Assembly: GCA_963699545.1 (NCBI GenBank)
Contig: CAVOUE010000006.1
Coordinates: 384,001-448,000, forward strand
Direction of reading: 5' to 3'
Source of the DNA: Nitrospirota bacterium
Lineage (GTDB): Bacteria; Nitrospirota; Thermodesulfovibrionia; Thermodesulfovibrionales; UBA9159
Length of the DNA stretch: 64,000 bases
In this document: positions 31,065-42,573 of the stretch, piece by piece
Layout of the letters: the number at the start of each line of letters is the position of its first letter
Position numbering within the stretch: the stretch's first letter is position 1
The notes under the pieces: generated by a model
Told to the model about the DNA's origin: nothing
What the model saw: only the letters and a program-made list of their open reading frames with translations
Database searches by the model: none
Program-made: the position numbers and the translations under genes

Positions 31065-31488
31065 ATCGATCACTAAAATTATCAGAAAGGTCTCGTACAT
31101 GTAAAGAACAAATTTTGCCTCTGTGCGCATCAAGGGACCACTTCCACTCCCTGATTCCCCCGCAGTATTGCGTCCTGTCCTCATCAAATACTTTTCTTGG
31201 GGGGGAGGGAATTCATATGGATGGCAGTCTTGAATAGAGTATAACTGGTGGACTGGACCAATGACGTCATGGCACGGCTCCAATGGCGAAAGAACGCATA
31301 ATTTGTCATTATACGCTGCCATTTTTTGCTCATCACTCTTGACCCCACTTCTTCCTTCTTCAACAAATACTTTTAATTTCGTCAGTTATAGCACGGGGAG
31401 CATTCAAAATATCAGGCATGTTGATTGCATATTTTTTTTGAAGCCCAGTAGTACCACAATGACCAAGGAAGATAAGAGGAGATCCGAT

Positions 31489-34400
31489 ATGCTCACCAAC
31501 AAGAGGAATAGTGCTCACTTGAGGGTTGATCTTAATGATATCCTCTTTCGAAGAACGATCATGTGGTTCACTGTGCTCTTATTGATCATGGTATTTCTTA
31601 ATGGGGGAGTATCCTATGCCCAGAATTTGCCTGAGCTGTTCCATCAGACAGCCGGTGAGAGGACAGCGCGGGGGGTCCCTCTACTCCCCGGCGAAAGGAT
31701 AACCGGCTCGATCGATCTTTCTCTGATACACCCTGACAATGACTCAACGCCCAGAATGATGTCAGCCGTCCCTGGAAAGACGCTCGTTCTCGTGAGAGAC
31801 AGGGTCGAGACACGGAGAGAGGGCAATTACACCTGGGTTGGGACAGTTGAGGGAAGTGAACTGAGTACCGTTGTTATTTCGGTAGTGGATGGTTCCCTTC
31901 ATGGGCATATAGACATGGATGGAGAGACCTATTCCATAAGACCGGAAAGCGGTGCATATGTGGTGACCAAGCACGACCCTGCGATGGTGCGCCCCTTTGA
32001 GGACGATGTCATGGTCCCCACCACAATGTCAGAGACCCTCAGGAAGACGAACGCCGTAGCGGCATATCAGGCCCAGGAAGACGGTTCCGTTATCGATGTC
32101 CTCGTGCTCTATACACAGCAGATGCAGACCAAGTACGGGTCCAACCTGAACTCCAGGATACAGAATTTTATCGACCTTGCAAATACAGCCTATACGCAGA
32201 GCGGTGTGGACACGAGGCTGAGACTGGCCGGTGCAGCGCTTTACAATACGGCCAGCGCAGCAGAAGGCGTTACCATCAGCAACGCCCTCACGTTCATTAC
32301 CTCAGACGGCCAGCTGGCGAGTTTGAGGGACACGTATAAGGCCGACCTGGTCTCACTCATACGGGTATATGACGGCGTCAGTTCATCGTGTGGAATTGCG
32401 TGGCTAATGACCGACGTGAGCCCCGCATTTGAAGGCAATGCCTTCTCCGTGGTTGAGGTGCGTTCTGCCTCAGAGGCTATTCCCCCCTACTATTATTATT
32501 GTGACGACAGGAGCTTTGCACACGAACTCGGACACAACATGGGATGTCATCATGACCGGGCCCATGCAGGGGGAGGCACCGGCGCTTTTCCTTTCTCATA
32601 TGGATATGACAGTGCAGGCGTGTTCGGGACCATCATGAGCTATGTCGGCCCGCGGATCACGTATTTCTCAACACCGTTCGTATCGTACAGCGGAATACCC
32701 ATTGGAGTGGATGTGGACCAGCCCTATCCAGCCTTTAATGCGCTCACGATAAATGAGACGCGGGTCACGGTCGCCAACTTCAGACTCGCCGGCTGCAGTA
32801 TTCTCATCAGCCCCGCCAGTGCCTCTTATGGTCCGTCTGAAGGGACAGGCTCCGTAACTATTGCTGCTGATAGCAGCTGCGCCTGGACAGCTACAAGCAA
32901 TGTGCCGTGGATCACGATCACCTCCGGCGACGGCGGGGCAGGGAACGGAACTGTTGAGTATTCTGTTTCTAATAATACCGGGGGCCAGAGGACAGGCACG
33001 TTGTCGATCGCCGGACAGACCTTCACCGTTATTCAGGGGAAGGAGATCACCCCTCCAACCGCTTCACCAGCCATCAATGGAGGGGCTCTTGCCACGAGGT
33101 CCACCGCTGTCACCCTTGCACTGAATGCTACGGATACAAGCGGGGTGTCCCAGATGTGCATCAGCAATACCCTTACCTGCACCTCGTGGACATCCTACAC
33201 ACCCACAAGATCATGGACGCTGCCTTCAGGGGACGGAACAAAGACCGTCTATGCATGGTTCAGGGACATATGGGGCAACCAGAATACCACACCTTTTTCG
33301 GCTTCGATCATCCTTGACACCACCGCACCGGTCAACGGCGTGCTCACCCCATCGGTGGGCAATGCCCAGGTAACATTAAACTGGTCAGGGTTTACCGATG
33401 CGGGAAGCGGGGTGGCAAGCTATAAACTTGTATACAGAACAGGCTCTGCTCCCTCCTCCTGTTCAAGCGGAACTGCCATCTATACCGGTGCAGACACCTC
33501 ATATCCCCACACAGGGCTCGTCAACGGCACGACATACTATTACAGGCTCTGCGCTATTGACCGGCTGGGGAACACCTCCTCCGGCGCTGCTGCAAGCGCT
33601 CGCCCTGTCCCTGAGACCGCCCCTCCTGTCGGTCCTCCCATCGGCGCTCTTGTGCTTATCAACGGTGGTGCGGACTTTACGAAGTCCACCTCCGTCACCC
33701 TTGGGCTGAATGCTACGGATACAAGCGGGGTGTCCCAGATGTGCATCAGCAATACCCTTACCTGCACCTCGTGGACATCCTACACACCCACAAGATCATG
33801 GACACTGTCTTCAGGGGACGGAACAAAGACCGTCTATGCATGGTTCAGGGACATATGGGGCAACCAGAATACCACACCTTTTTCGGCTTCGATCATCCTT
33901 GACACTACCGCACCGGTCAACGGCGTGCTCACCCCATCGGTGGGCAATGCCCAGGTAACATTGAACTGGTCAGGGTTTACCGATGCGGGAAGTGGGCTGG
34001 CAAGCTATAAACTTGTATACAGAACAGGCTCTGCTCCCTCCTCCTGTTCAAGCGGAACTGCCATCTATACCGGTGCAGACACCTCATATCCCCACACAGG
34101 GCTCGTCAACGGCACGACATACTATTACAGGCTCTGCGCAATTGACCGGCTGGGGAACACCTCCTCCGGCGCTGCTGCAAGCGCTCGCCCTGTCCCTGAG
34201 ACCGCCCCTCCTGTCGGTCCTCCCATCGGCGCTCTTGTGCTTATCAACGGTGGTGCGGACTTTACGAGGTCCACCGCTGTCACCCTTGCACTGAATGCTA
34301 CGGATACGAGCGGGGTGTCCCAGATGTGCATCAGCAATACCCTTACCTGCACCTCGTGGACATCCTACACACCCACAAGATCATGGACGCTGCCTTCAGG

Positions 34401-34791
34401 GGACGGAACAAAGACCGTCTATGCATGGTTCAGGGACATATGGGGCAACCAGAATACCACACCTTTTTCGGCTTCGATCATCCTTGACACTACCGCACCG
34501 GTCAACGGGGTGCTCACCCCATCGGTGGGCAATGCCCAGGTAACATTGAACTGGTCAGGGTTTACCGATGCGGGAAGCGGGCTGGCAAGCTATAAACTTG
34601 TATACAGAACAGGCTCTGCTCCCTCCTCCTGTTCAAGCGGAACTGCCATCTATACCGGTGCAGACACCTCATATCCCCACACAGGGCTCGTCAACGGCAC
34701 GACATACTATTACAGGCTCTGCGCTATTGACCGGCTGGGGAACACCTCCTCCGGCGCCGCTGCAAGCGCACGGCCGGTGCAGACTCCTTAA
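31489..34791 (+). CDS. Secreted reprolysin/M12B-like zinc metalloprotease with a BACON domain and three FN3-containing repeats
   Basis: HELGHNMGCHH zinc motif, GTIMSY Met-turn, WTATSNVPWITI; start at 31489 or 31561. Confidence 0.88.
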   Translation: MLTNKRNSAHLRVDLNDILFRRTIMWFTVLLLIMVFLNGGVSYAQNLPELFHQTAGERTARGVPLLPGERITGSIDLSLIHPDNDSTPRMMSAVPGKTLVLVRDRVETRREGNYTWVGTVEGSELSTVVISVVDGSLHGHIDMDGETYSIRPESGAYVVTKHDPAMVRPFEDDVMVPTTMSETLRKTNAVAAYQAQEDGSVIDVLVLYTQQMQTKYGSNLNSRIQNFIDLANTAYTQSGVDTRLRLAGAALYNTASAAEGVTISNALTFITSDGQLASLRDTYKADLVSLIRVYDGVSSSCGIAWLMTDVSPAFEGNAFSVVEVRSASEAIPPYYYYCDDRSFAHELGHNMGCHHDRAHAGGGTGAFPFSYGYDSAGVFGTIMSYVGPRITYFSTPFVSYSGIPIGVDVDQPYPAFNALTINETRVTVANFRLAGCSILISPASASYGPSEGTGSVTIAADSSCAWTATSNVPWITITSGDGGAGNGTVEYSVSNNTGGQRTGTLSIAGQTFTVIQGKEITPPTASPAINGGALATRSTAVTLALNATDTSGVSQMCISNTLTCTSWTSYTPTRSWTLPSGDGTKTVYAWFRDIWGNQNTTPFSASIILDTTAPVNGVLTPSVGNAQVTLNWSGFTDAGSGVASYKLVYRTGSAPSSCSSGTAIYTGADTSYPHTGLVNGTTYYYRLCAIDRLGNTSSGAAASARPVPETAPPVGPPIGALVLINGGADFTKSTSVTLGLNATDTSGVSQMCISNTLTCTSWTSYTPTRSWTLSSGDGTKTVYAWFRDIWGNQNTTPFSASIILDTTAPVNGVLTPSVGNAQVTLNWSGFTDAGSGLASYKLVYRTGSAPSSCSSGTAIYTGADTSYPHTGLVNGTTYYYRLCAIDRLGNTSSGAAASARPVPETAPPVGPPIGALVLINGGADFTRSTAVTLALNATDTSGVSQMCISNTLTCTSWTSYTPTRSWTLPSGDGTKTVYAWFRDIWGNQNTTPFSASIILDTTAPVNGVLTPSVGNAQVTLNWSGFTDAGSGLASYKLVYRTGSAPSSCSSGTAIYTGADTSYPHTGLVNGTTYYYRLCAIDRLGNTSSGAAASARPVQTP
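33073..34770 (+). repeat. Three near-identical 585-bp intragenic tandem repeats
   Basis: Marker tgaatgctacggatac at 33122, 33707 and 34292. Confidence 0.97.
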
Positions 34792-34811
34792 GGTGAATTT
34801 GGGAGACCGGC

Positions 34812-37800
34812 CTAGCTTAATCTCTTCATCACATCATATGAGACTGAGAGAGAATCACCTTTTTTCATAAGTCCCTTAAGATCGAGCTCAAAACCATCCT
34901 TATGGAACCGGATACCGTGGAATGTTTGCTGAAGGGCCAGCACCTTTTCTGCTGCAACAGGAGCAGTCTTTGAAAACACCAATCGTATCTTCCTGTCAAT
35001 CTCCGAGATTCTCGAAATGGAAAGCCTTCTCGCCATGATCTTCAGCCTCATGATCTCAAGGAGATTGCCGACCTCATCCGGCAGATCCCCAAAGCGGTCC
35101 TTCATCTCTGATCCCATATCTTCAAGATCCTCCGTGTTCTTTGCGTTGGCTATCCGCCTGTACACACTTAACCTGACCGTCATGTCCTCGATATAGCTTT
35201 CCGGAATCAGGGCCGCCGCCTGCAATGTGATGGACGGTTCTATCTCCTCTTTCACCTCCATACCCTTCAGCTCAGCAACGGCATTTTCGAGCATCTCCAC
35301 ATACATATCGAATCCCACAGCATGGATGTGTCCTGACTGTTCAGCACCAAGGAGGTTCCCCGCCCCCCTCATCTCGAGGTCCTTCATGGCCAGCCTGAAC
35401 CCTGCCCCGAGATAGCTCATCTCCCGGATCGCCTGGAGCCTCTTTTTCGCTTCCTCGGTGATAACATCCATTCCCGGTACAAGGAAATATGCATACGCCC
35501 TCACATTGCTCCTTCCCACCCTCCCCCTGAGCTGATAAAGGTCTGAGAGCCCTATTTTGTCAGCCCGGTCCATGATAATGGTGTTGGCGGTGGGAATGTC
35601 GATACCGGACCCGATGATCGTTGTCGAAACCAGCACATCGATCTCCCTGTTGATAAATTTCAGCATAACCTCTTCGAGCCTCTTCTCCGCCATCTGGCCG
35701 TGGCCAACGGCGAATCGGGCATCCGGCAGAAGCCGCTTTAAAAGAGCAGACACCTTTTCAATGTCATGCACCGTGTTGTGTACAAAGAGGACCTGACCGC
35801 TCCGCTGGAGTTCCCTTTCCATGGCCTCCTTTATCAGCGCCTCATCAAAAACCGCAACAACGCTCCTCACTGCAAGCCTTTCTTCAGGGGGTGTCTCGAT
35901 AATGCTCATTCCCCTGATCCCCGAAAGGGCCATGTGGAGCGTCCGCGGGATGGGAGTGGCGGTCATGCTCAGGACATCCACGCCTTTCTTGATCTCTTTG
36001 ATCTTCTCCTTCTGGCCGACACCGAACCTGTGCTCCTCGTCAATGATCAGAAGGCCGAGACCGCTGAAGGAGATATCCCGCCGGAGAAGCCCGTGAGTGC
36101 CGATGATGATATCGGTCTCGCCCTTCGCCAGCGACTGTATCGTCAGGGCCTGCTCCTTCCTTGATTTGAACCTGCTCAGGTAGTCTATCTTTACCGGAAA
36201 TCCCGAGAACCTGCTCTTGAACGTGAGATAATGCTGCTCGCACAAAATGGTGGTGGGCACCAGGACCGCAACCTGCTTGCCATCATACACCGCCTTAAAT
36301 GCTGCCCGCATGGCCACTTCGGTCTTTCCATACCCGACATCCCCGCATAAGAGCCTGTCCATAGGCCTTTCAGTCTCCATGTCACGGCCGATCTCCTCTA
36401 TTGCCTTTATCTGGTCAGGCGTCTCCTCATAGGGGAAGAATTCATAGAACTCCCTGTGAAGTTCTGTATCACCGCTGAAAGAGACGCTGTTCGTCACCTC
36501 CCTTTCCGCATAGAGCCTGAGGAGCTTCTCCGCCATCTCTTTCACGGCCTTCCTAACTTTTTCCCTCCTCCTCTGCCACGCCTTCCCGCCGAGCCGGTCC
36601 AGGGAAGGGGACACCCCTTCCGCTGCACTGTATTTCTTTATCCTGTCGATGTTGTAAAGAGGAATGTAGAGCCTGTCACCGCCGGCATATTCAAGGACCA
36701 TAAGGTCCCCACCCGCATCACTTGTCTCCTCTTTGCTGATGCCGATGAACCTTCCTATGCCGTGGTCCCTGTGAACCACAAAATCACCCGAGGTGATGTC
36801 GTCCATGGAAGTGAGCAGATGAGACACCCTTGATTTCTTCAGCGACCTGTACAGGGGCCTTTCACCGAAGATCTCTTTCTCCGTCAGAACCAGAAAGCCG
36901 GGAAGGAAAAAGCCCGATGAGAGCTTCCCTTTTGTGATGGCAAGTGCACCTTCGTACTTCACGAGTTCTCCACTGCCTATTATGGGTGCGATGACGCCGC
37001 CATCAAAAAGGATATCCTTAACCCTCTCTGCCTGTCCCTCCGACGACGAAACAATGATCACCCTGTTGTCCCTGCTGAGGGATGATATCGCATGAGCGAC
37101 GTCGCTCAGAGGATCTTCTTTCGTCAGGGTATATCCCGAGTCCGCTCAGGGAGAGCAGTCCCGCATCATGCCCCTCCCCTTTAATGTCAAACCGGGAGAG
37201 ATGAATGGCATTGACCCTGCCCGAGGGTTCACCTCTCTGTGAATCCACCAGAAAGAGGCCGGCATCCGTAAACAAGGTGATGGTCTCTGCAGTGGAAGGA
37301 GGCGCTGCGGGAAAGACAAGGGGTTTTTCGACCTCGCCGATGGAGCGCTGGGAGTCAATGTCAAAGGACTTGATCCGCTCAATTTCATCCCCAAAAAATT
37401 CTATTCGCAGGGGATATTCTGCCGTCGAAGGGAAGATGTCCAGCAACCATCCCTTTGCGCTGTATTCCCCCTTTTCCAGTACGATCGAAACCCTCCGGTA
37501 CCCGAGCGCTCGCAAACGGTTCTCTATGACGTCCCGTTCCATTTCCCTTCCCGTTTCAAAACGAAGGGATCTCCTTTCCAGTTCTTCCGGAAGCCATACA
37601 GGCGCATTCACTCCGTTGACAGAGGTTACGATGGAATCTTGTCCCGTGAGCTCATGGACAACCTGGGCTCTCTTTCCCGAAGCTTCCGGTCCATTGGGTT
37701 CAGGGAGGAAGTGTATTTTCCTCGCACCATTATGCAGCATTGCCAGGAAGAACCGGATATCCTCAAACAGACCTGATGCAGCTTCTTCTGTCTGCTCGGC

Positions 37801-37935
37801 CACAATAAAGGGCTCCTCCTGCAGGCTCAGGAGCAGGGCCAGAGAGGAACCCGACAGGTTGCAGATGCGGGAAATACCCGGCGGTACGCTGAAGAAATGC
37901 CTGATGTCGGAAATTGATACCATTTTGTTCCCCAT
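34812..37935 (-). CDS. mfd: Transcription-repair coupling factor (frameshift near 37100)
   Basis: RIEFFGDEIE, CGDVGYGKTEVA, DEEHRFG, QLRGRVGR, TRCF C-terminus. Confidence 0.95.
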
Positions 37936-38188
37936 GTGCCTTAGCCGTTCAAAAGAAATTCACCCGGGGTTTCTTGCTCATCACCATACAACCTGGATGG
38001 CCGATTGCAGACGATCAAACCGTAAATTTTTCGATGCCGACTATTGTAAATTTCTTGAGAAGGGCTAGGGCACATAATGATTCCTGTGGATTTATGATTC
38101 TTGTCAAGCCCACAAATGAAAAACGTCGCGTTTAAAAGCTTTGAAACCAGATATACCAGAGGATCGATGACCTATTTTCCACGAAAAA

Positions 38189-38650
38189 TCAGGCTCGAAG
38201 CTTCTTTATCTTCTCTATGATTTCCGTAGTCGATATCCCTCTGATGTACGGCAGACTGCGCGTGTCGGGAACGACATCGGAGCCGACGATCTCTTCTCTT
38301 TGCCAGTCGCCTCCCTTCACCAGCACATCAGGTCTCAGGAGCTTGACCAGCTCATAGGGCGTATCTTCCCCGAACATCGTGACATAATCCACCATCTCCA
38401 GACTCGCGACCACTTCCGCCCGCTGCGCCTCAGGGATTACCGGTCGTCCCGGTTTGATCCCCGACACGGAACGGTCCGTGTTCAGCGCCACAACGAGAAC
38501 ATCACCGAGACCCCGTGCTTCCCTCAAGTACCTCACATGGCCGATGTGGATGATATCAAAACAGCCGTTGGTAAAGACCACCCTTTTGCCTGCGGCCTTT
38601 ACAGTATCGACAGCCTGCTTCAACTCATTCCATTCAAGAATTATACCCAT
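38189..38650 (-). CDS. rfaE2: D-glycero-beta-D-manno-heptose 1-phosphate adenylyltransferase
   Basis: FTNGCFDIIHIGH, PDVLVKGGDW, STTEII. Confidence 0.92.
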   Translation of the reverse strand: MGIILEWNELKQAVDTVKAAGKRVVFTNGCFDIIHIGHVRYLREARGLGDVLVVALNTDRSVSGIKPGRPVIPEAQRAEVVASLEMVDYVTMFGEDTPYELVKLLRPDVLVKGGDWQREEIVGSDVVPDTRSLPYIRGISTTEIIEKIKKLRA

Positions 38651-38764
38651 ATTCGGATCTGCATACATTGTTCAGAACAACGGTTCAAACCATCCGCAAA
38701 CTCAGTTGTCGCATTTAACAGTTTCGAACGCGACGTCCCGACGCGGATGAGATCGGGACGCGGG

Positions 38765-39205
38765 TCACAATACTGAGAGCATCTCCTTTGCCTTCCGGAC
38801 GATCTCCCTGTCACCCTTGTAGCTCACCCTGCTCAGAGCCTCTTCCAGGGGAAACCACTCCGCCGCGTCCACCTCCCAGTTGTGGTCTGATGTGCTACCG
38901 CTTACATACTCGATCAGATAGAAGTGCACCGTTTTCCTGCACTTTGCATTATCCTCCTTAATGTAGTACCAGTAGGAGATATCCCCTATCCTTTCCACGA
39001 TCCTGCCGGAAAGACCCGTCTCTTCCCTCACTTCCCTCACCGCGGTGTCCTGGGTTTCTTCTCCCTTTTCGACGATCCCCTTGGGCAAGGACCAGACCCT
39101 GCCGTCCTTCACCGCAACAAGAGCGATCTCCAGGGTATTTTCCGGAGTCTTCCTGAATATCACTCCTCCCGAGGAGACCTGTGTTTTTATGGTTGCCGGT
39201 CTCAT
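38765..39205 (-). CDS. NUDIX hydrolase
   Basis: LPKG...AVREVREETG Nudix box. Confidence 0.93.
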   Translation of the reverse strand: MRPATIKTQVSSGGVIFRKTPENTLEIALVAVKDGRVWSLPKGIVEKGEETQDTAVREVREETGLSGRIVERIGDISYWYYIKEDNAKCRKTVHFYLIEYVSGSTSDHNWEVDAAEWFPLEEALSRVSYKGDREIVRKAKEMLSVL

Positions 39206-40548
39206 TACGGGATCAGCTTCCCCGTGATGAGCCTCATGATATCGTTATAGAAGGCAAAGACCATGAGGGTGATGATTGCCGCCAGCCCCGCCCTCTGGGC
39301 GATCATGATCACCTTTTCACTCACGGGTTTCCTTCGCACCGCTTCGATCAGGAGGAACAGCACATGACCTCCGTCGAGCATCGGGATGGGGAGGAGGTTC
39401 AGCACGCCGAGATTGATACTGATAACAGCAAGAAACGTGAAGAAGCTCAATGCACCGTGGGCCGCCTGCTGCCCTGCCATCTGGAAAATGAGTATGGGCC
39501 CGCCTATCGTTTCCGCAGGGATGACGCGCTGGATGAGCTTTACGATCGAAACCACCGTGAGCACCGAAACGTCCCATGTCCTCATCACTCCAAAGCGGAT
39601 GGCCTCCACAGGACCATACCTCTTCATGAAATCGTTTCCGAGAGGCCTCACGCCGATGAGGCCGATCTCTTTCTTCTCTCCGCCGGGGACAGTAAAGGCA
39701 CTCTTTTCAGGAGTGATGGTGACCTCAGTGAGACGCTCGCCCCTCTTTATCCTGAACTTCAGAGCTTTTCCGGGACTCTCGTGGATGATTGCGGTCATGT
39801 CCTGCCACGTCTTCAGGGCAGTGTCCTCTATCGCCACAATCCTGTCGCCTTTCTGAAGGCCCGCCTTCTCAGCAGGAGAGCCTTTCGTGACTTCCCCGAC
39901 GTCAGGATAAAGAAGTGGGGAAATGCCGATATTCCAGACCTCCCTGTTCTCTCCGAAGATATCCTTCTCAACCTTCTTCTCCGGCGTTACGGAAAGCTCT
40001 TTGACCGCTTCTCCTCTCTTTATCGTAAAGAGAAGTGTCTTCCCCTGACTGCTGTTCATGAACGACTCTATTTCATCCCAGCTTCTCACTGCGCCTCCGT
40101 CGATCGTCATAACCCGGTCACCCGTCATCAGACCTGACCTGGCAGCAGGGGAGCTGTCAGCAATCTTTCCGATGTCAGGGTACGGTACGGGAACGCCTGA
40201 AGCAGATATGAGAGCGAATACAAAAGCGGCGAAGAGAATGTTAAAGAGAGGGCCCGAGAGCACAATGAGGACCCGCTTTCCCACCGGCTGAGCGTTATAT
40301 GCCCTCGCCCTGTCATCGTCCGTGATCTCATCCCCTGACTCTTCCCCCAGCATCTTCACGTATCCGCCCAGAGGGACTGCGGAGATCAGATATTCGGTCT
40401 CTCCGTATTTTTTCCCCACGACCCTGGGACCAAATCCCAGGGAAAACTTCAGGACCTTCACATTCGCCAGTTTTGCGAAGAGAAAATGGCCCAGCTCATG
40501 GACAAAGATAAGAATGCCCAGAAGTATGAGTGCGTAAAAAATCGTCAT
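39205..40548 (-). CDS. rseP: RIP metalloprotease RseP
   Basis: HELGH, two PDZ domains, NLLPIPMLDGG. Confidence 0.96.
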   Translation of the reverse strand: MTIFYALILLGILIFVHELGHFLFAKLANVKVLKFSLGFGPRVVGKKYGETEYLISAVPLGGYVKMLGEESGDEITDDDRARAYNAQPVGKRVLIVLSGPLFNILFAAFVFALISASGVPVPYPDIGKIADSSPAARSGLMTGDRVMTIDGGAVRSWDEIESFMNSSQGKTLLFTIKRGEAVKELSVTPEKKVEKDIFGENREVWNIGISPLLYPDVGEVTKGSPAEKAGLQKGDRIVAIEDTALKTWQDMTAIIHESPGKALKFRIKRGERLTEVTITPEKSAFTVPGGEKKEIGLIGVRPLGNDFMKRYGPVEAIRFGVMRTWDVSVLTVVSIVKLIQRVIPAETIGGPILIFQMAGQQAAHGALSFFTFLAVISINLGVLNLLPIPMLDGGHVLFLLIEAVRRKPVSEKVIMIAQRAGLAAIITLMVFAFYNDIMRLITGKLIP

Positions 40549-40632
40549 TGTGTTTCCTTATCCTATGAAGCGTAATTCGGCAAGCGGTATTCAGCCGGGT
40601 CGTCAGACCCTCCACTCCTCACGCATAGCGTC

Positions 40633-41784
40633 TCACATCTTCTTTATATATTCCTCGGCCTTTTCCCGCGCCCACCGGTCCGCATCGATCACGACATCCA
40701 GTTCTGCCGCCTTCTGCGTCTTGTGGGAATGCATTGTCCTCTTAATTATAACAGGGATGTGGGTAAATGATATCCTTCCTTTGAGGAAGGCATTGACCAT
40801 CACCTCGTTGGCAGCATTGAGAACTGCGGGCATCGTTCCCCCTTCCCTCAGGGCATCGTAGGCAAAGCCCAGACAGGGAAAGCTCTCTGAATCAGGCCTC
40901 TCAAAGGTGAGTTTGCCGATGGCGTCAAGCTCCAGGGGCGGCACCGTATTGTCCAGTCTCTGCGGATACGAAAGGGCATAGGCGATGGGTCCTCTCATAT
41001 CGGGCATGGATATCTGGGCCAGCAGGCCTCCGTCAGTGAACTCCACCATCGAATGCACAATGCTCTGGGGATGTACGAGCACATCAATACGGTCGGCATC
41101 GAGAGCGAAAAGATGGGAAGCCTCGATCACTTCAAGGCCTTTGTTCATCAGGGTCGCGGAGTCGATGGTGACTTTCTTCCCCATCTTCCACTTCGGGTGT
41201 TTCAGGGCATCTTCCGGGGTAACTCCTTTCAATTCCTCAAGGGTCCTCCCCATGAAGGGACCTCCCGATGCAGTGAGGATCACTCTCCTCACATACCTTC
41301 GATCGTGACCTTCAATGCATTGAAAGATTGCGCTGTGCTCACTGTCAACGGGCAGGATTACAACCCCGTGGCCCTTTGCTTCCTCCATGACGATAGTGCC
41401 CGCGATGACGAGCGTTTCCTTGTTGGCAAGTCCTATCGCCTTGCCTGCTCTGATGGCATGAAGCGTCGGTATCAATCCGCTGAAACCGACAAGGGCGGAA
41501 AGCACAAAGTCAGCTCGGTCATATGACGCGACCGCATTTATTCCCTCCCCGCCGGCGAGGACCTCCGGCCTCGGTCCAAGTCTTTTCCTGAGCTCTTGCG
41601 CATCGCCCTCTCCCGCCACCGCCACGATCTCGGGCTGGAAGGTGTTCACCTGGCTTTCCAGGAGATCAATATTTCTCCCCGCCACGAGTCCGGCCACGGC
41701 AAACCTGTCCCTGCTCCGTGAGATCACCTCAAGGGCCATTCTGCCGATGGACCCGGTAGAACCGAGGATCACTATCCGTTTCAT
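40633..41784 (-). CDS. dxr: 1-deoxy-D-xylulose-5-phosphate reductoisomerase
   Basis: LGSTGSIG, LANKE, LPVDSEH, NKGLEVIE. Confidence 0.97.
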   Translation of the reverse strand: MKRIVILGSTGSIGRMALEVISRSRDRFAVAGLVAGRNIDLLESQVNTFQPEIVAVAGEGDAQELRKRLGPRPEVLAGGEGINAVASYDRADFVLSALVGFSGLIPTLHAIRAGKAIGLANKETLVIAGTIVMEEAKGHGVVILPVDSEHSAIFQCIEGHDRRYVRRVILTASGGPFMGRTLEELKGVTPEDALKHPKWKMGKKVTIDSATLMNKGLEVIEASHLFALDADRIDVLVHPQSIVHSMVEFTDGGLLAQISMPDMRGPIAYALSYPQRLDNTVPPLELDAIGKLTFERPDSESFPCLGFAYDALREGGTMPAVLNAANEVMVNAFLKGRISFTHIPVIIKRTMHSHKTQKAAELDVVIDADRWAREKAEEYIKKM

Positions 41785-42572
41785 TTCGCCAGGCCTGCAG
41801 CGAGACAGACCCAATAGAGGACAGGCCCCGCAAAAAGCACTCCGTCTATTTTATCAAGGACGCCCCCGTGCCCGGGGATTAAAGCGCTGGAATCCTTGAC
41901 CCCGGCATCCCGCTTGAACATCGACTCCACGAGGTCGCCGACTATTGTGGTCGCCCCTATGATGATGCCGATCACGAGCGATTCGAACAGGGTCATGGAA
42001 TGCATCAGGAGGAGGTTCAGCAGGTACCCTGAAAAGGCTCCCCCGGTCAGGGAACCCACAGCTCCCGCAACGGTCTTGTTCGGGCTCACTTCCCTATAGA
42101 GCCTCCTCCTGCCAAGAGTCTTGCCCACATAGAACGCGAAACTGTCAGAAGCCCACACGCATCCGTAAAGGAAGATTATCCATTCGGGGCCCATACCCCT
42201 CAGCGAGAGCTGGGACGCAAGAAGCCCAGGGATATAGAACAGTGCAAGCAGCGAAGGCGAAAGATCGCGAAGAGATGAGGCGGGATCCCTCTTGCCGAAA
42301 AGCCTGACCGCCGCAGTCGCCATAACGGAGAACACAAGAACGTGGGGGAAGAGGTTCTCCGAGACATACGCGGACCCGAACAGAAGGACACCGAAGAGTA
42401 TCCCCGAATTCTTCATAAGCCCGTCAACACGATACATCGTGTAGAACTCCCATTGGGCAATAATAGACACGGTGAGAAGGAGGACAAAGAAAGCGACGTC
42501 GGGAAGTCTCATGACGAAGAGGTAGAAGACGGGAAGGAGGATGACCGCAACGAGCAGTCTCTTGGCGTGCAT
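41781..42572 (-). CDS. cdsA: Phosphatidate cytidylyltransferase
   Basis: SPNKT, KRDAGVKDS...PGHGGVLD. Confidence 0.96.
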   Translation of the reverse strand: MHAKRLLVAVILLPVFYLFVMRLPDVAFFVLLLTVSIIAQWEFYTMYRVDGLMKNSGILFGVLLFGSAYVSENLFPHVLVFSVMATAAVRLFGKRDPASSLRDLSPSLLALFYIPGLLASQLSLRGMGPEWIIFLYGCVWASDSFAFYVGKTLGRRRLYREVSPNKTVAGAVGSLTGGAFSGYLLNLLLMHSMTLFESLVIGIIIGATTIVGDLVESMFKRDAGVKDSSALIPGHGGVLDKIDGVLFAGPVLYWVCLAAGLAK

Positions 42573-42573
42573 G

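Noticed and set aside
31065-31488. N-terminal extensions of the TPR lipoprotein and the metalloprotease in the ORF track
   Set aside because: Signal peptides and SD sequences support later starts at 31064 and 31489/31561
21027-34770. The 12-bp, 7/8-mer and 585-bp repeats as CRISPR arrays
   Set aside because: No unique spacers between constant repeats and no cas genes
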